A stretch of DNA of 64,000 nt from Anaeramoeba ignava BMAN (taxonomy: Eukaryota; Protista; Anaeramoebae), in the NCBI GenBank assembly GCA_028826165.1, contig JAPDFW010000129.1, forward strand, positions 1 to 64,000, written 5' to 3'. This document shows, in pieces, positions 11,866-23,602 of this stretch. The stretch's first letter is position 1; each line of letters opens with the position of its first letter. The notes below the pieces were generated by a model that was given only the letters and a program-made list of their open reading frames with translations, did no database searches and had not been told where the DNA came from. The translations under genes and the position numbers were made by a program.

Positions 11866-13815
11866 ATGAATGAAATTTTATTTTGTGGTTGGAATAAATA
11901 TCCAATTCTTATCAAAAATAAACCAGATGAAATAACAAAACCAATTCAATTTAAATTTGAAAATGAAAATGAAAATGAAAATGAAAAACAAATTAAACAA
12001 ATTTCATCAGGCTTTTATTCAACAATTTTCCTTTTTAAAAATGGAAAAGCAATAGAATATTTAAAAGAAAATGATTCAAAACAAAATCCTTCAAAAATCC
12101 AAATTGAAAATATTCAAAAAGTAACTGTTGGTGGTGAAAATGAAGCTATTTTAACAAAAGAAGGAAATGTATTTGCCAAAGGAGAAGATATTAATCCAAA
12201 AAATCCAAAACAATTTATCAATATTTCATCATTAATTGAAGATACAAACGATAGAGTAATTGAAGATATTGTTTCTGGAGCAAATTCAATTTATTTATTA
12301 ACTTCAAATCAAAATGCTTATGGAATTGGTTCAAATCAATATTGTCAACTTGGTTTTAAAATACTTCAAAAAACACAAAAACCAATTTTAATGATGAAAA
12401 ATGTTTCTAAAATATTTTCAGGAAATTGTTCAACTTATGTTTTTCTTTTAAATTCAAATCAAGAATTATTTGGATGTGGTTCTAACAATTATGGTAAACT
12501 TGGATTAGGAGAATCAAGAAAAGAAGAAAAATCCAAAAATTAACCCAAATCCAAAATATTCCAAAAGGCAAAATAATTGATATTCAATCTGGAAATTATC
12601 ATTCAATAATGTTGATTGAAAATGAAGATGAAAATCAAAATCAAAATCCAAAAAGAAAACTTTATTCATGTGGATGGAATCCATTTAATGGATTTGGCAA
12701 AAATGAAGATATTTATGAATTTACTGAAATCAAATCATCTTTATTTGAAAATGATTATATTCTTGAAATTTCTGTTGGAAATGTTCATACTTTGATTTTA
12801 ACTGAAAAAGGGAAATTAATTGGATTTGGATTAAATGATTTTGGTCAATTAGGAACTGGAGATATAAGCAATTTGGAAAAAATTCCAATTCAAATTGAAC
12901 TTCCTAAATTAAGATTTAATGAAGATATTTTCAATTATCATATTTCTTGTGGAAATGATAAATCATTTATTTATTATTCTTCTTTTTCCAATCTTGAAGA
13001 AGATTTGATAAAACTATTTAGAAAGAAAAGAATTTTGTGATATTTTATTTAAAACAGAAAATGGAGAAATAATTGAAACTCATAAATTAATATTAAAATA
13101 TAGATTAAATCAAAATGAAAATCAAATTGAAAAACTTCAAGAAATTATTTCAAAAAAATCAATTAAAGAATCAAATCAAATATTTGAAATGATTTATTCA
13201 AACAATTCCAAAATAAATCCAAAATTATATTCTGAAATTAAAGAAATTATAAATTCAAATGAAAAAATTGAAGAAACAATGAAAAGAATTTATTTAAATG
13301 AAAATGAAAATGAAAAAGATTTTATTATTGAAAGAAAAGAAAAACAATACAAATTTCCAAAATTAATATTAATAATGAGAAGTGAATTATATCGAGGAAT
13401 GTTTTTATCTGTTACAGAAGATAATTCTAATAAAGTTACAGATTATAGTGAATTAAGTAATGAATCATTTCAAATATTAGAATATTGGATTTATTCAAAT
13501 CAAATTAAAAATGGAATTCAAATTACAAAAGAAATCATTGAAGAATTAGAAAGAGGAATTGATTATTTTCAATTAAATCAAACAAATCCAAATTTATTTG
13601 ATTTATTAATTAACAAATTTAATAATCAAATTCAAATTCAAAATCAAAATCAAAATCAAAATCAAAATCAAAATCAAAATCAAAATCAAAATCAAAATCA
13701 AAATCAAAATCAAAATCAAAATCAAAATCAAAATCAAAATCAAAATCAAAATCAAAATCAAAATCAAAAAAAGAAAAGAAAACCTTTTTTAGAAAAAGAA
13801 AGATTCAGAAAATAA
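11866..13815 (+). CDS. RCC1-repeat + BTB/POZ protein, copy G (frameshifts near 12528 and 13020; long NQ tail)
   Basis: ORFs 11866-12543, 12609-13040 and 13189-13815 are colinear with the paralogs. Confidence 0.85.
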
Positions 13816-13902
13816 AATCAAAATTAAAATCAAAATTAAAATTAAAATTAAAATCAAAATTAAAATTTAAATTTAAAAATCAAAAAAGATAAGTTTATTT
13901 TG

Positions 13903-16575
13903 TTAATATTTTTTTGAGCAAACAAAAAAAGAAGAATTATAAGTATATTGAAGCATAGAATTTGGACAAGAAGTATATGAACAAGAAGTAAAAGTTTCAA
14001 ATTGAAAGTTAAAACCCAAAGATATAGAAAATTCTTTCAATTCTTCATAACTTATTTCGAGAGAAGTTTCACCAGGAAGATCAGCCCAATGATATTGCAA
14101 AGGACCAAAATTTATCCAAATTCCATTTGGTTTTAAAATTTCCCAAATTATTTCGATATAATTATAAATCACATGAGCTGTATCAATAAAAAAACAAGTT
14201 ACAACACAATCCCATTGATTTTGTTGATTTCTATAAACTTCAATAAAATCTCCTCCACAAATTGAAAATTTTTCATTTGAAATCTGAAATGTATCAATAT
14301 CTGGAAACTATTTTTTAAAAAAAATTCAACTTGTTTTAATTTTTTGGATTTTCTAATTTAAATCTTAATTAATTATTTTTTTTTACTTTCACTTCTTTTA
14401 ATCGATCTTCATTTTTGATTGTATTTGAAGTTTCATGAAGATATGGAAAGATAGAAAATTGGTTTACTTTCTCAACTTTAGTATTTATTATCATCTAAAA
14501 ATTTTTCAATTTGAATTTGAATTTAAATTTGAATTTGAATTTGGATTTAATTTTTTACTGATGATGTAAGAAGTAATTGTAATGAAAAATCATTTCCTTC
14601 ACAAAAATATCCATTATATGCTATTTCAAAAGGAAGTCTTCCTAATCCACATCCTGGAACTAAAACTTTAATTTCATTTCTTTTTTGTTGATCTGGGAAA
14701 TATTCATTTAGTTTTTGTACAATTAAAGAATATGATTGATCTCTTTCTATTTTTCCCTTTAAGATTTAATTTAATTTAATTTAAATTTAATTTAATTTAA
14801 TTTAGTTTAATTTAATTTGATTTAATTTAATTTAATTTAATTTGATTTAATTTTAATTTAATTTGATTTAATTTAATTTAATTTAATTTAATTTAATTTA
14901 ATTTAATTTAATTTAATTTGATTTAATTTAATTTAATTTAATTTAATTTTGATTTAATTTAATTTGATTTGATTTGATTTGATTTGATTTAATTTGATTT
15001 GATTTAATTTGATTTGAATTTTATTTTGATTTAATTTAATTTAATTTGATTTAATTTAATTTGATTTAATTTATTTTGATTTAATTTGAATATTGATTTA
15101 ATTTGAATTTAATTTAATTTGATTTAATTTAATTTAATTTAATTTAATTTAATTTAATTTAATTTAATTTAATTTAATTTAATTTAATTTGATTTGATTT
15201 TAATTTGATTTAATTTAATTTAATTTAATTTAATTTAATTTAATTTAATTTGATTTGATTTGATTTAATTTGGATTTAATTTAATTTAATTTAATTTAAT
15301 TTAATTTAATTTAATTTAATTTAATTTAATTTAATTTAATTTAATTTAATTTAATTTAATTTAATTTAATTTAATTTAATTTAATTTAATTTAATTTAAT
15401 TTAATTTAATTTAATTTGATTTAATTTAATTTAATTTAATTTAATTTAATTTAATTTAATTTAATTTGGATTTAATTTAATTTAATTTAATTTAATTTAA
15501 TTTAATTTAATTTAATTTAATTTAATTTAATTTAATTTAATTTAATTTAATTTAATTTAATTTAATTTAATTTAATTTAATTTAATTTAATTTGATTTAA
15601 TTTAATTTGATTTAATTTAATTTGATTTAATTTAATTTAATTTAATTTAATTTAATTTTAATTTAATTTAATTTAATTTGATTTAATTTAATTTAATTTA
15701 ATTTAATTTAATTTGATTTGATTTAATTTAATTTAATTTAATTTAATTTGATTTTGATTTAATTTGATTTAATTTAATTTAATTTAATTTAATTTGATTT
15801 AATTTAATTTAATTTGATTTAATTTAATTTAATTTAATTTAATTTGATTTAATTTAATTTTAATTTGATTTAAATTTGATTTTGATTTAATTTAATTTAA
15901 TTTAATTTGATTTAATTTAATTTAATTTGAACTTTGATTTAATTTAATTTAATTTAATTTAATTTATATTGATTTAATTTAATTTAATTTAATTTTGATT
16001 TAATTTAATTTTAATTTAATTTAATTTGATTTAATTTAATTTAATTTAATTTGATTTAATTTAATTTGATTTAATTTAATTTAATTTGATTTAATTTAAT
16101 TTGATTTTGATTTAATTTGATTTTGATTTAATTTGATTTGATTTAATTGATTTTTCTTTTAATTCTTCTTGTGATTTTGATTTGAATTTGAATTAAAACA
16201 CACATCTTCACTCCAATCTCTCATAATAATTCTAAAAATACTTCTTATTCTACTAACTTGATATTCATTTGAATAAGGAGTAAAATTTTCTGGAATTTCA
16301 AATTTCATTAAATAAGGTTCAGCAATAAAATGAAGAATTTGAGAATTTAATTTAATTGCATGTTTAATTTTTTGGAATTTCTCTTCAAATTTTTTTAAAT
16401 TTAAATGTTTCCCATATTTTATAATTAATCCTGAAATATTTTTTTCTTCTTCTTCAATTTTTTTTATACTAAATTCTTCATAAGAAAGAAATGAATTTAA
16501 AGTTTGCCATAAATAACTAATTTCATTAAAAGATTGTGATTTCTTTTCGTTAAAATCATTTGAATCAATTTCCAT
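13903..16575 (-). CDS. CARNMT1: Carnosine N-methyltransferase (N2227/CARNMT1-like), 4 exons
   Basis: Spliced translation: MRDWSED|GKIERDQSY..VLVPGCGLGRLPFEIA..EGNDFS..|..|FPD..CGGDFIEVY..WDCVVTCFFIDTAH..LKPNGIWINFGPLQYHW. GT-AG introns at about 14757-16203, 14495-14558 and 14308-14386. Confidence 0.9.
14757..16203 (-). repeat. About 1.45 kb intron filled with (TTTAA/TTTGA)n pentamer microsatellite
   Basis: GT..AG ends on the minus strand join RDWSED to GKIERD in frame; the interior is a near-pure pentamer repeat. Confidence 0.9.
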
Positions 16576-16654
16576 TAAAAAAAATTATTTAAAAAGAAAA
16601 AGAAAATGAAAAATGATTTTTTGAAAATTTATTTTTTTCTTTGTTTTTTTTTTC

Positions 16655-16950
16655 AAATAAATTTAATTTTAATTTTGATTTTTATTTTAATTTTGATTTT
16701 AATTTTAATATTAATTTTAATTTTGATTTTTATATTAATTTTAATTTTAATTTTAAATTTAATTTTGATTTCTGTTTTAAATTTAATTTTAATTTTAAAT
16801 TTTAATTTTAATTTTAATTTTAATTTTAATTTTAATTTTAATTTTAATTTTAATTTTAATTTTAATTTTAATTTTAATTTTAATTTTGATTTTAATTTTA
16901 ATTTTAATTTTAATATTAATTTTGATTTTAATTTTAATATTAATTTTGAT
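16655..16950. repeat. (TTTTAA)n hexamer tract, intergenic
   Basis: Visible directly; produces the spurious IL/FN/LK ORFs. Confidence 0.9.
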
Positions 16951-16951
16951 T

Positions 16952-19900
16952 TTAAGGTTTTGAAATCATTAAACGAATCAAAATAAAAAAACCCCAAATA
17001 GAAGAGATAACAATAATAGCAACTGTAGCAGCTTTATATTGAGAGCTTTTATTTGGTAATTTTGTGATAGTTTTAGGGGCAGCAGCAGCTAATTCGTAAT
17101 CTTTTTTAGTCCAACAAGTAATTTTATCACCGACATCAGGAACAATTGAATTTTCACTTGTTCCAAAATCATAAAGAACCCAAGGATAATAAACAGAAGA
17201 GCTATTAAGTTCAACCGCATAGTTATCAGGAATCACTGTAACGAAAGGCTTCCGTTTATCACTATAGCTATCTGATGATGTAGAGGAGAATAAAGATGTG
17301 CATGTTAGTGAAAGAATGCTACCACAATATGGACAATAATCACGTCTTTCTGCATCTGTTACTAAGCATTCTGTAAGATCGTATTTTTTCCCTTCTTTTA
17401 TTGCTGGCAGAAGAATCACTCCAAACAGTATCATATCGAAATAAATTAGAAAAATTATTGGAAATATAATAGCTTTTTTACGATACACAAACATTAGAAC
17501 AATTGCCATGATTGGAAATATTAGGATCATAAAAGGAATGTGTATAATCTAAACATTTTGAAAAATTATTATTAAAAATTATTAATAAAATTATTAATAA
17601 AATTATTATTAAAATTATTATTAAAATTATTATTAAATTTATTATTAAATTTATTATTAAAATTATTTATAAAAATTATTATTAAAAATATTAATAAAAT
17701 TATTATTAAAATTATTATTAAAATTATTATTAAAATTATTATTATAATTATTGTTAAATTTATTATTAAAATTATTATTAAAATTATTATTAAAATTTAT
17801 TATAAAAATTATTATTAAAATTATTATTAAAATTATTATTAAATTTATTATTAAATTTATTATTAAAATTATTATTAAAATTATTATTAAAATTATTTAT
17901 AAAAATTATTATTAAAATTATAATTAAAATTATTATTAAAATTATTTATTAAATTTATTATTAAAATTATTATTAAATTTATTATTAAAATTATTATTAA
18001 AATTATTATTAAAATTATTTATAAAAATTATTATTAAAATTATAATTAAAATTATTATTAAAATTATTATTAAATTTATTATTAAAATTATTATTAAATT
18101 TATTATTAAAATTATAATTAAATTTATTATTAAAAATTATTATTAAAATTATTATTTAAATTTATTATTAAATTTATTATTAAAATTATTATTAAAATTA
18201 AAATAAAAATTATTATTAAAATTATTAATAAAATTATTATTAAATTTATTATTAAAATTATTATTAAAATTATTGTTAAAATTATAATTAAAATTATTTA
18301 TAAAAATTATAATTAAATTTATTTTTTGAAAACTAACATAAAATTTTGTTTCTTCTTCTGATTTCACTAAATCATAAATTAAAAATGGAATGTTTGTTAA
18401 AACAAGAATTATAACAGTAAAAGCAACTGCAACTTTGAAATAAGCAAATTTCCAAAGTGGGAATATTCTCACTTTCTCTTCATCTTTTGGATGTATCCAA
18501 CAAGTTCTTTCACCTTGCTATTAATATTAAAATTTGTTTTTGTTTTTGTTTTTGTTTTTGTTTTTTTTGAATTTAATTTGAAATTTTTCTTTTCAATTCA
18601 TTTTCTTTTTAAATTTTTTACAATAGAACTTGAAGAAAATTTTGGTTTACAAGGATCTACAATTTTCGCATTAACATAATTTCCATTATCTTTTCGATAA
18701 ACAGCAGTCTTTATTTTTTAAAAAATTATTATTAAAATTATTATTAAAATTATTATTAAAATTATTATTAAATTTATTATTAAAATTATTATTAAAATTA
18801 TTTATTAAATTGATTATTAAAATTATTATTAAAATTATTATTTAAAATATTATTAAAATTATTTATTAAATTTATTATTAAATTTATTTATTAAATTTAT
18901 TATTAAAATTATTATTAAATTTATTATTATAATTATTATTAAAATTATTATTAAAATTATTTATTAAATTTATTAATAAATTTATTATTAAATTTATTAT
19001 TTAAAATTATTTATTAAATTATTATTAAAATTATTAATAAATTATTTATTAAATTTATTAAAATTATTATTAAAATTATTAATAAATTATTTATTAAATT
19101 TATTAATAAATTATTTATTAAATTTATTAATAAATTATTTATTAAATTTATTATTATAATTATTTATTAAATTTATTATTATAATTATTATTAAAATTAT
19201 TATTAAAATTATTATTAAAATTATTATTAAAATTATTATTAAAATTATTATTAAAATTATTATTAAAATTATTATTAAAATTATTTATTAAATTGATTAT
19301 TAAAATTATTTATTAAAATTATTATTAAATTGATTATTAAAATTATTATTAAATTATTATTAAAATTATTATTAAATTGATTATTAAAATTATTATTAAA
19401 ATTATTATTAAAAATATTATTAAAATTATTATTAAAATTATTATTAAAATTATTATTAAATTATTATTAAAATATTATTAAAATTATTATTAAAATTATT
19501 TATTAAATTATTATTAAAATTATTATTAAAATTATTATTAAATTGATTATTAAATTTGATTATTAAAAATTATTATAATCAATTTAATAATAGTCAACAA
19601 GAAGTACTTTTTCAGTGGGTGTATAAGTAACGTTGCACTCTGTATTAATATCCCATTTATTTTGTTGATATCCACCAGGAAAAACCCAAGCTATCAACAA
19701 ATAAAGAACAACACCCCAACCACCTAATACAATCATAGTAAACACTCTAAATCTCTTTCTCTTTTTTTCGTCAGGTTTTTTTGGGGGTTGTGCATTATAA
19801 GTGGGTTCATTATGGACATATGGTGGGGGAATAACTTCATCTCGGCGTAACGAATCAACATCAATATTCCTCAGATCCTCTTCAAGTTCATGATTTTGAA

Positions 19901-20144
19901 CCTGCTCGTTAAGACTTGGATCCTGCAGATTAACTCCTGAATGAATATATGGGGCAGCATCAATATCTGTGTTAGGACGAGGTCCAAAATCTGGGTTATA
20001 AATTTCATAATTGCCGGTAGTATTCAAGTTGGATTGGCCAAAATTTTGTTGAAAACTGTCAACATTTTGCATTTCTATTGAGTTGGATTGTGGCTCTTGT
20101 TGATTGTAAAAGTTATACGGATTTGAATCTGTTGTGTAATTCAT
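16952..20144 (-). CDS. Multipass membrane protein with two Cys-containing extracellular loops, 4 exons
   Basis: Exons 19608-20144, 18622-18708, 18338-18517 and 16952-17548, joined by phase-0 GT-AG introns: ..ECNVTYTPTEK|TAVYRK..DPCKPKFSSSSI|QGERTCWIHP..TKFY|IIHIPFMILIFP..ECLVT..ITCWTKK.. Confidence 0.75.
17549..19607 (-). repeat. Two introns (17549-18337 and 18709-19607) filled with (ATTATTATTAAA)n
   Basis: The same 12-nt unit fills both long introns of this gene. Confidence 0.85.
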
Positions 20145-20539
20145 TTTTCTTTATATTTTTTTTCTTTTAAATTTTTTTAACAGAAAATTAGAATTTCAAA
20201 TAAAAAAAAAAGAATAATAATTAAAAAAATAAAAAGAATAATAATAAAAAATAAAGAGAATAATAATAAAAATAAAAAGAAATTGAGAAAAAAAAAATGA
20301 AATAAAATTTTTCTTTTTAAAAAATTAATTTTTTGTTGTTGTTTTTTTTGAAAGGCAAAAATAAATAAACAAAAAATAAATTTTCTCCTTTTTTCTTTTT
20401 TATTTAATTTTCTCCTTCTTTTTTATTTTATTTCTTTTATTCTTTTCTTCTTTTTCCAATCCACTTTTTTTTTAAAAATGAATTTTAATTTTTATTTCAA
20501 TTTTAATTTTTAATTAAAATATAAATAATTGGAATTTTT

Positions 20540-21095
20540 TGATTTTCATTTAAATCTTCATTTAAATCTTCATTTAAATCTTCATTTAAATCTTTATTTA
20601 AATCTTCATTTAAATTTTCATTTAAATCTTCATTTAAATCTTCATTTAAATTTTTATTTAAATCTTCATTTAAATCTTCATTTAAATCTTCATTTAAATC
20701 TTCATTTAAATCTTCATTTAAATTTTCATTTAAATCTTCATTTAAATTTTATTTAAATCTTCATTTAAATCTTTATTTAAATTTTTAAATTTATTTTTGT
20801 AAATCTTCATTTAAATTTTAATAAATCTTCATTTAAATCTTCATTTAGATTTTCATTTAAAAATTTTTATTTTTAAATTTTCATTTTTAAATCTTTCATT
20901 TTAAATCTTTATAAAATATCTTCTTTAAAATCTTCATTTAGATTTTCATTTAAATTTTAAATTTTTATTTAAATCTTTTTAAATCTTCATTTAAATCTTC
21001 ATTTAAATCTTTAATAAAATTAATAAAATTAATAAAATTAATAAAATTAATAAAATTAATTGAAAATTGATTGAAAATTGATTGAAAATTGATTT
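20540..21095. repeat. (TTTAAATCTTCA)n 12-mer array followed by short TAATAAAAT and TGAAAATTGAT runs
   Basis: Visible directly; source of the LHLN ORF. Confidence 0.85.
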
Positions 21096-21117
21096 AATTT
21101 ACTAAACGGAATCCTTT

Positions 21118-23305
21118 TTATTTTCCAATTAAATTTTTGAAGTATTTTTTCTCTACTTTCAGCTGGTTGATGAGTAACAAGAATAAAATATTTTTTACTC
21201 TTTAAAACTCTATAAATTTCACTCATCATTTCAAATACATTCTCTTCTCCTAATTTCCCACACTTTTTAATTTATTTTTTCAAGTTTTAAGCTTTAAATT
21301 TTAAGTTTTAAATTTTAAAAAGGTTTTTGAATGGAAAATACAATTAAACTATCTAAAGTTCCTTTATCAATGATTAAATCAAAAGTTTCATCTTTAAAAA
21401 TCATTTTTTTAACATCCATTGCAAAAACTTAATTTTGATTTAATTAAAATTGATTTAAAATTGATATAAAATTGATTTAAAATTGATTTAAAATTGATTT
21501 AAAATTGATTTAAAATTGATTTAAAATTGATTTAAAATTGATTTAAAATTGATTTAAAATTGATTTAAAATTGATTTAAAATTGATTTAAAATTGATTTA
21601 AAATTGATTTAAAATTGATTTAAAATTGATTTAAAATTGATTTAAAATTGATTTAAAATTGATTTAAAAATTGATTTAAAATTGATTAAAATTGATTTAA
21701 AATTGATTTAAAATTGATTTAAAATTGATTTAAAATTGATTTAAAATTGATTAAAATAAAAATTGATTTAAATTGATTTAAAAATTTAAAATTGATTTAA
21801 AAATTAAAATTGATTTTTAAAATTGATTTAAAATTGATTTAAAATTGATTTAAAAAATTGATTTAATTTAAAATTGATTTAAAATTGATTTAAAATTGAT
21901 TTAAAATTGATTTAAAATTGATTTAAAATTGATTTAAAATTGATATAAAATTGATTAAAATTGATATAAAATTGATTTAAAATTGATATAAAATTGATAT
22001 AAAATTGATTTAAAATTGATTTAAAATTGATTTAAAATTGATATAAAATTGATTTAAAATTGATTTAAAATTGATATAAAATTTTAAAATTGATATAAAA
22101 TTGATTTAAAATTGATTTAAAATTGATTTAAAATTGATATAAAATTGATTAAAATTAATTTAAAATTGATTTAAAATTGAAAATAAAATTTTAAAATTGA
22201 TTTAAAATTGATTAAAATTGATATAAAATTGATTTAAAATTGATATAAAATTGATATAAAATTGATATAAAATTGATAAAATTGATATAAAAAATTTAAA
22301 ATTGATATAAAATTGATTAAAATTGATATAAAATTGATTTAAAATTGATATAAAATTAATTTAAAATTGATATAAAATTGATTTAAAATTGATTTAAAAT
22401 TGATTTAAAATTGATTTAAAATTGATTTAAAATTGATTTAAAATTGATTTAAAATTGATTTAAAATTGATTTAAAATTGATATAAAATTGATTTAAAATT
22501 GATTTAAAATTGATTTAAAATTGATTTAAAATTGATTTAAAATTGATTTAAAATTGATTTAAAAATTAAAATTGATTTAAAATTGATTTAAAATTAATAT
22601 AAAATTGATTTAAAATTAATATAAAATTGATATAAAATTGATATAAAATTGATATAAAATTGATTTAAAATTGATATAAAATTAATATAAAATTGATTTA
22701 AAATTGATTAATATAAAATTGATATAAAATTGATTTAAAATTGATTTAAAATTGATTTAAAATTGATTTAAAATTGATATAAAATTGATTTAAAATTAAT
22801 ATAAAATTGATTTAAAATTGATTTAAAATTAATTTAAAATTGATATAAAATTGATTTAAAATTGATTTAAAATTGATTTAAAATTAATTTAAAATTGAAT
22901 TAAAATTGAATTTACATTCAAGACGAGAATCATTTTTATAAGTTTCTTTTAAATTTTTAATTAAAACTTTGGAAATCTAAAAAAAGAAATATTAAAAAAA
23001 ATATTAAAAGAAATATTAAAAGAAATTACATCAATATTAACAACTTTTTTAATCCCAAATTTAATCATATCTTCTGTTAAAGCTAAATTATATTAAATAT
23101 TAAAAATCTAATTATTAAATTTAAATTAAATTCTAAGTTAATAAAACAAACAACTAGTTCCACAACCAACATGAAGAACTTCAAAATCTTTATTCCAAAA
23201 TTCAGAAGTAAATTGATAAAGAGTTTCAAAATTAAAATACCAATCAAAAGTATTTTTTTGAATAAAATAACGAAATTCCCAAAATAAAGGATTATCATAT
23301 TCCAT
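21118..23305 (-). CDS. Class I SAM methyltransferase, EEF1AKMT4/METTL13-N-like, 5 exons
   Basis: Spliced: MEYDNPLFWEFRY..TFDWY..VLHVGCGTS|SLTEDM..VVNID|ISKVLI..|FAMDVKKM.FKDETFDLIIDKGTLDSLI|CG..MMSEIYRVLK. The FDWY, GCG and DKGTLD motifs are typical of this family. Confidence 0.85.
21428..22915 (-). repeat. About 1.49 kb intron filled with (AAATTGATTTA)n 11-mer
   Basis: A phase-1 GT..AG intron joins RLE-F; the interior is an 11-nt minisatellite with GATATA variants. Confidence 0.9.
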
Positions 23306-23602
23306 TTTATTTTATTTTATTTTTTATTTTTTTAAATGAAAAAAAAGGAAAAAAAAAATGAAAATTGTTTTTTTTTGTTTTTTTTTTTTAATTGATTTCT
23401 TTGTTTTGTTTATTATTATTATTTGATAATTATTTGGAAATTATTTGATAATTTCAGTTCTATGAAAAGAAATGGAAAAAAAAAAGCTTTTTTTTTGTTT
23501 GAATTGAAAAATTGGTTGTTGAGAAAAATTTGAAAAAAAAAAGTAAAAAAGTAAGAAAAGAAAGGAAAGGAAATGAAGTAAAAGAAAGAAAGAAAGAAAA
23601 AT

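Noticed and set aside
14757-16203. Telomeric repeat or internal telomere
   Set aside because: The unit has no G-run and the tract lies inside an in-frame GT-AG intron.
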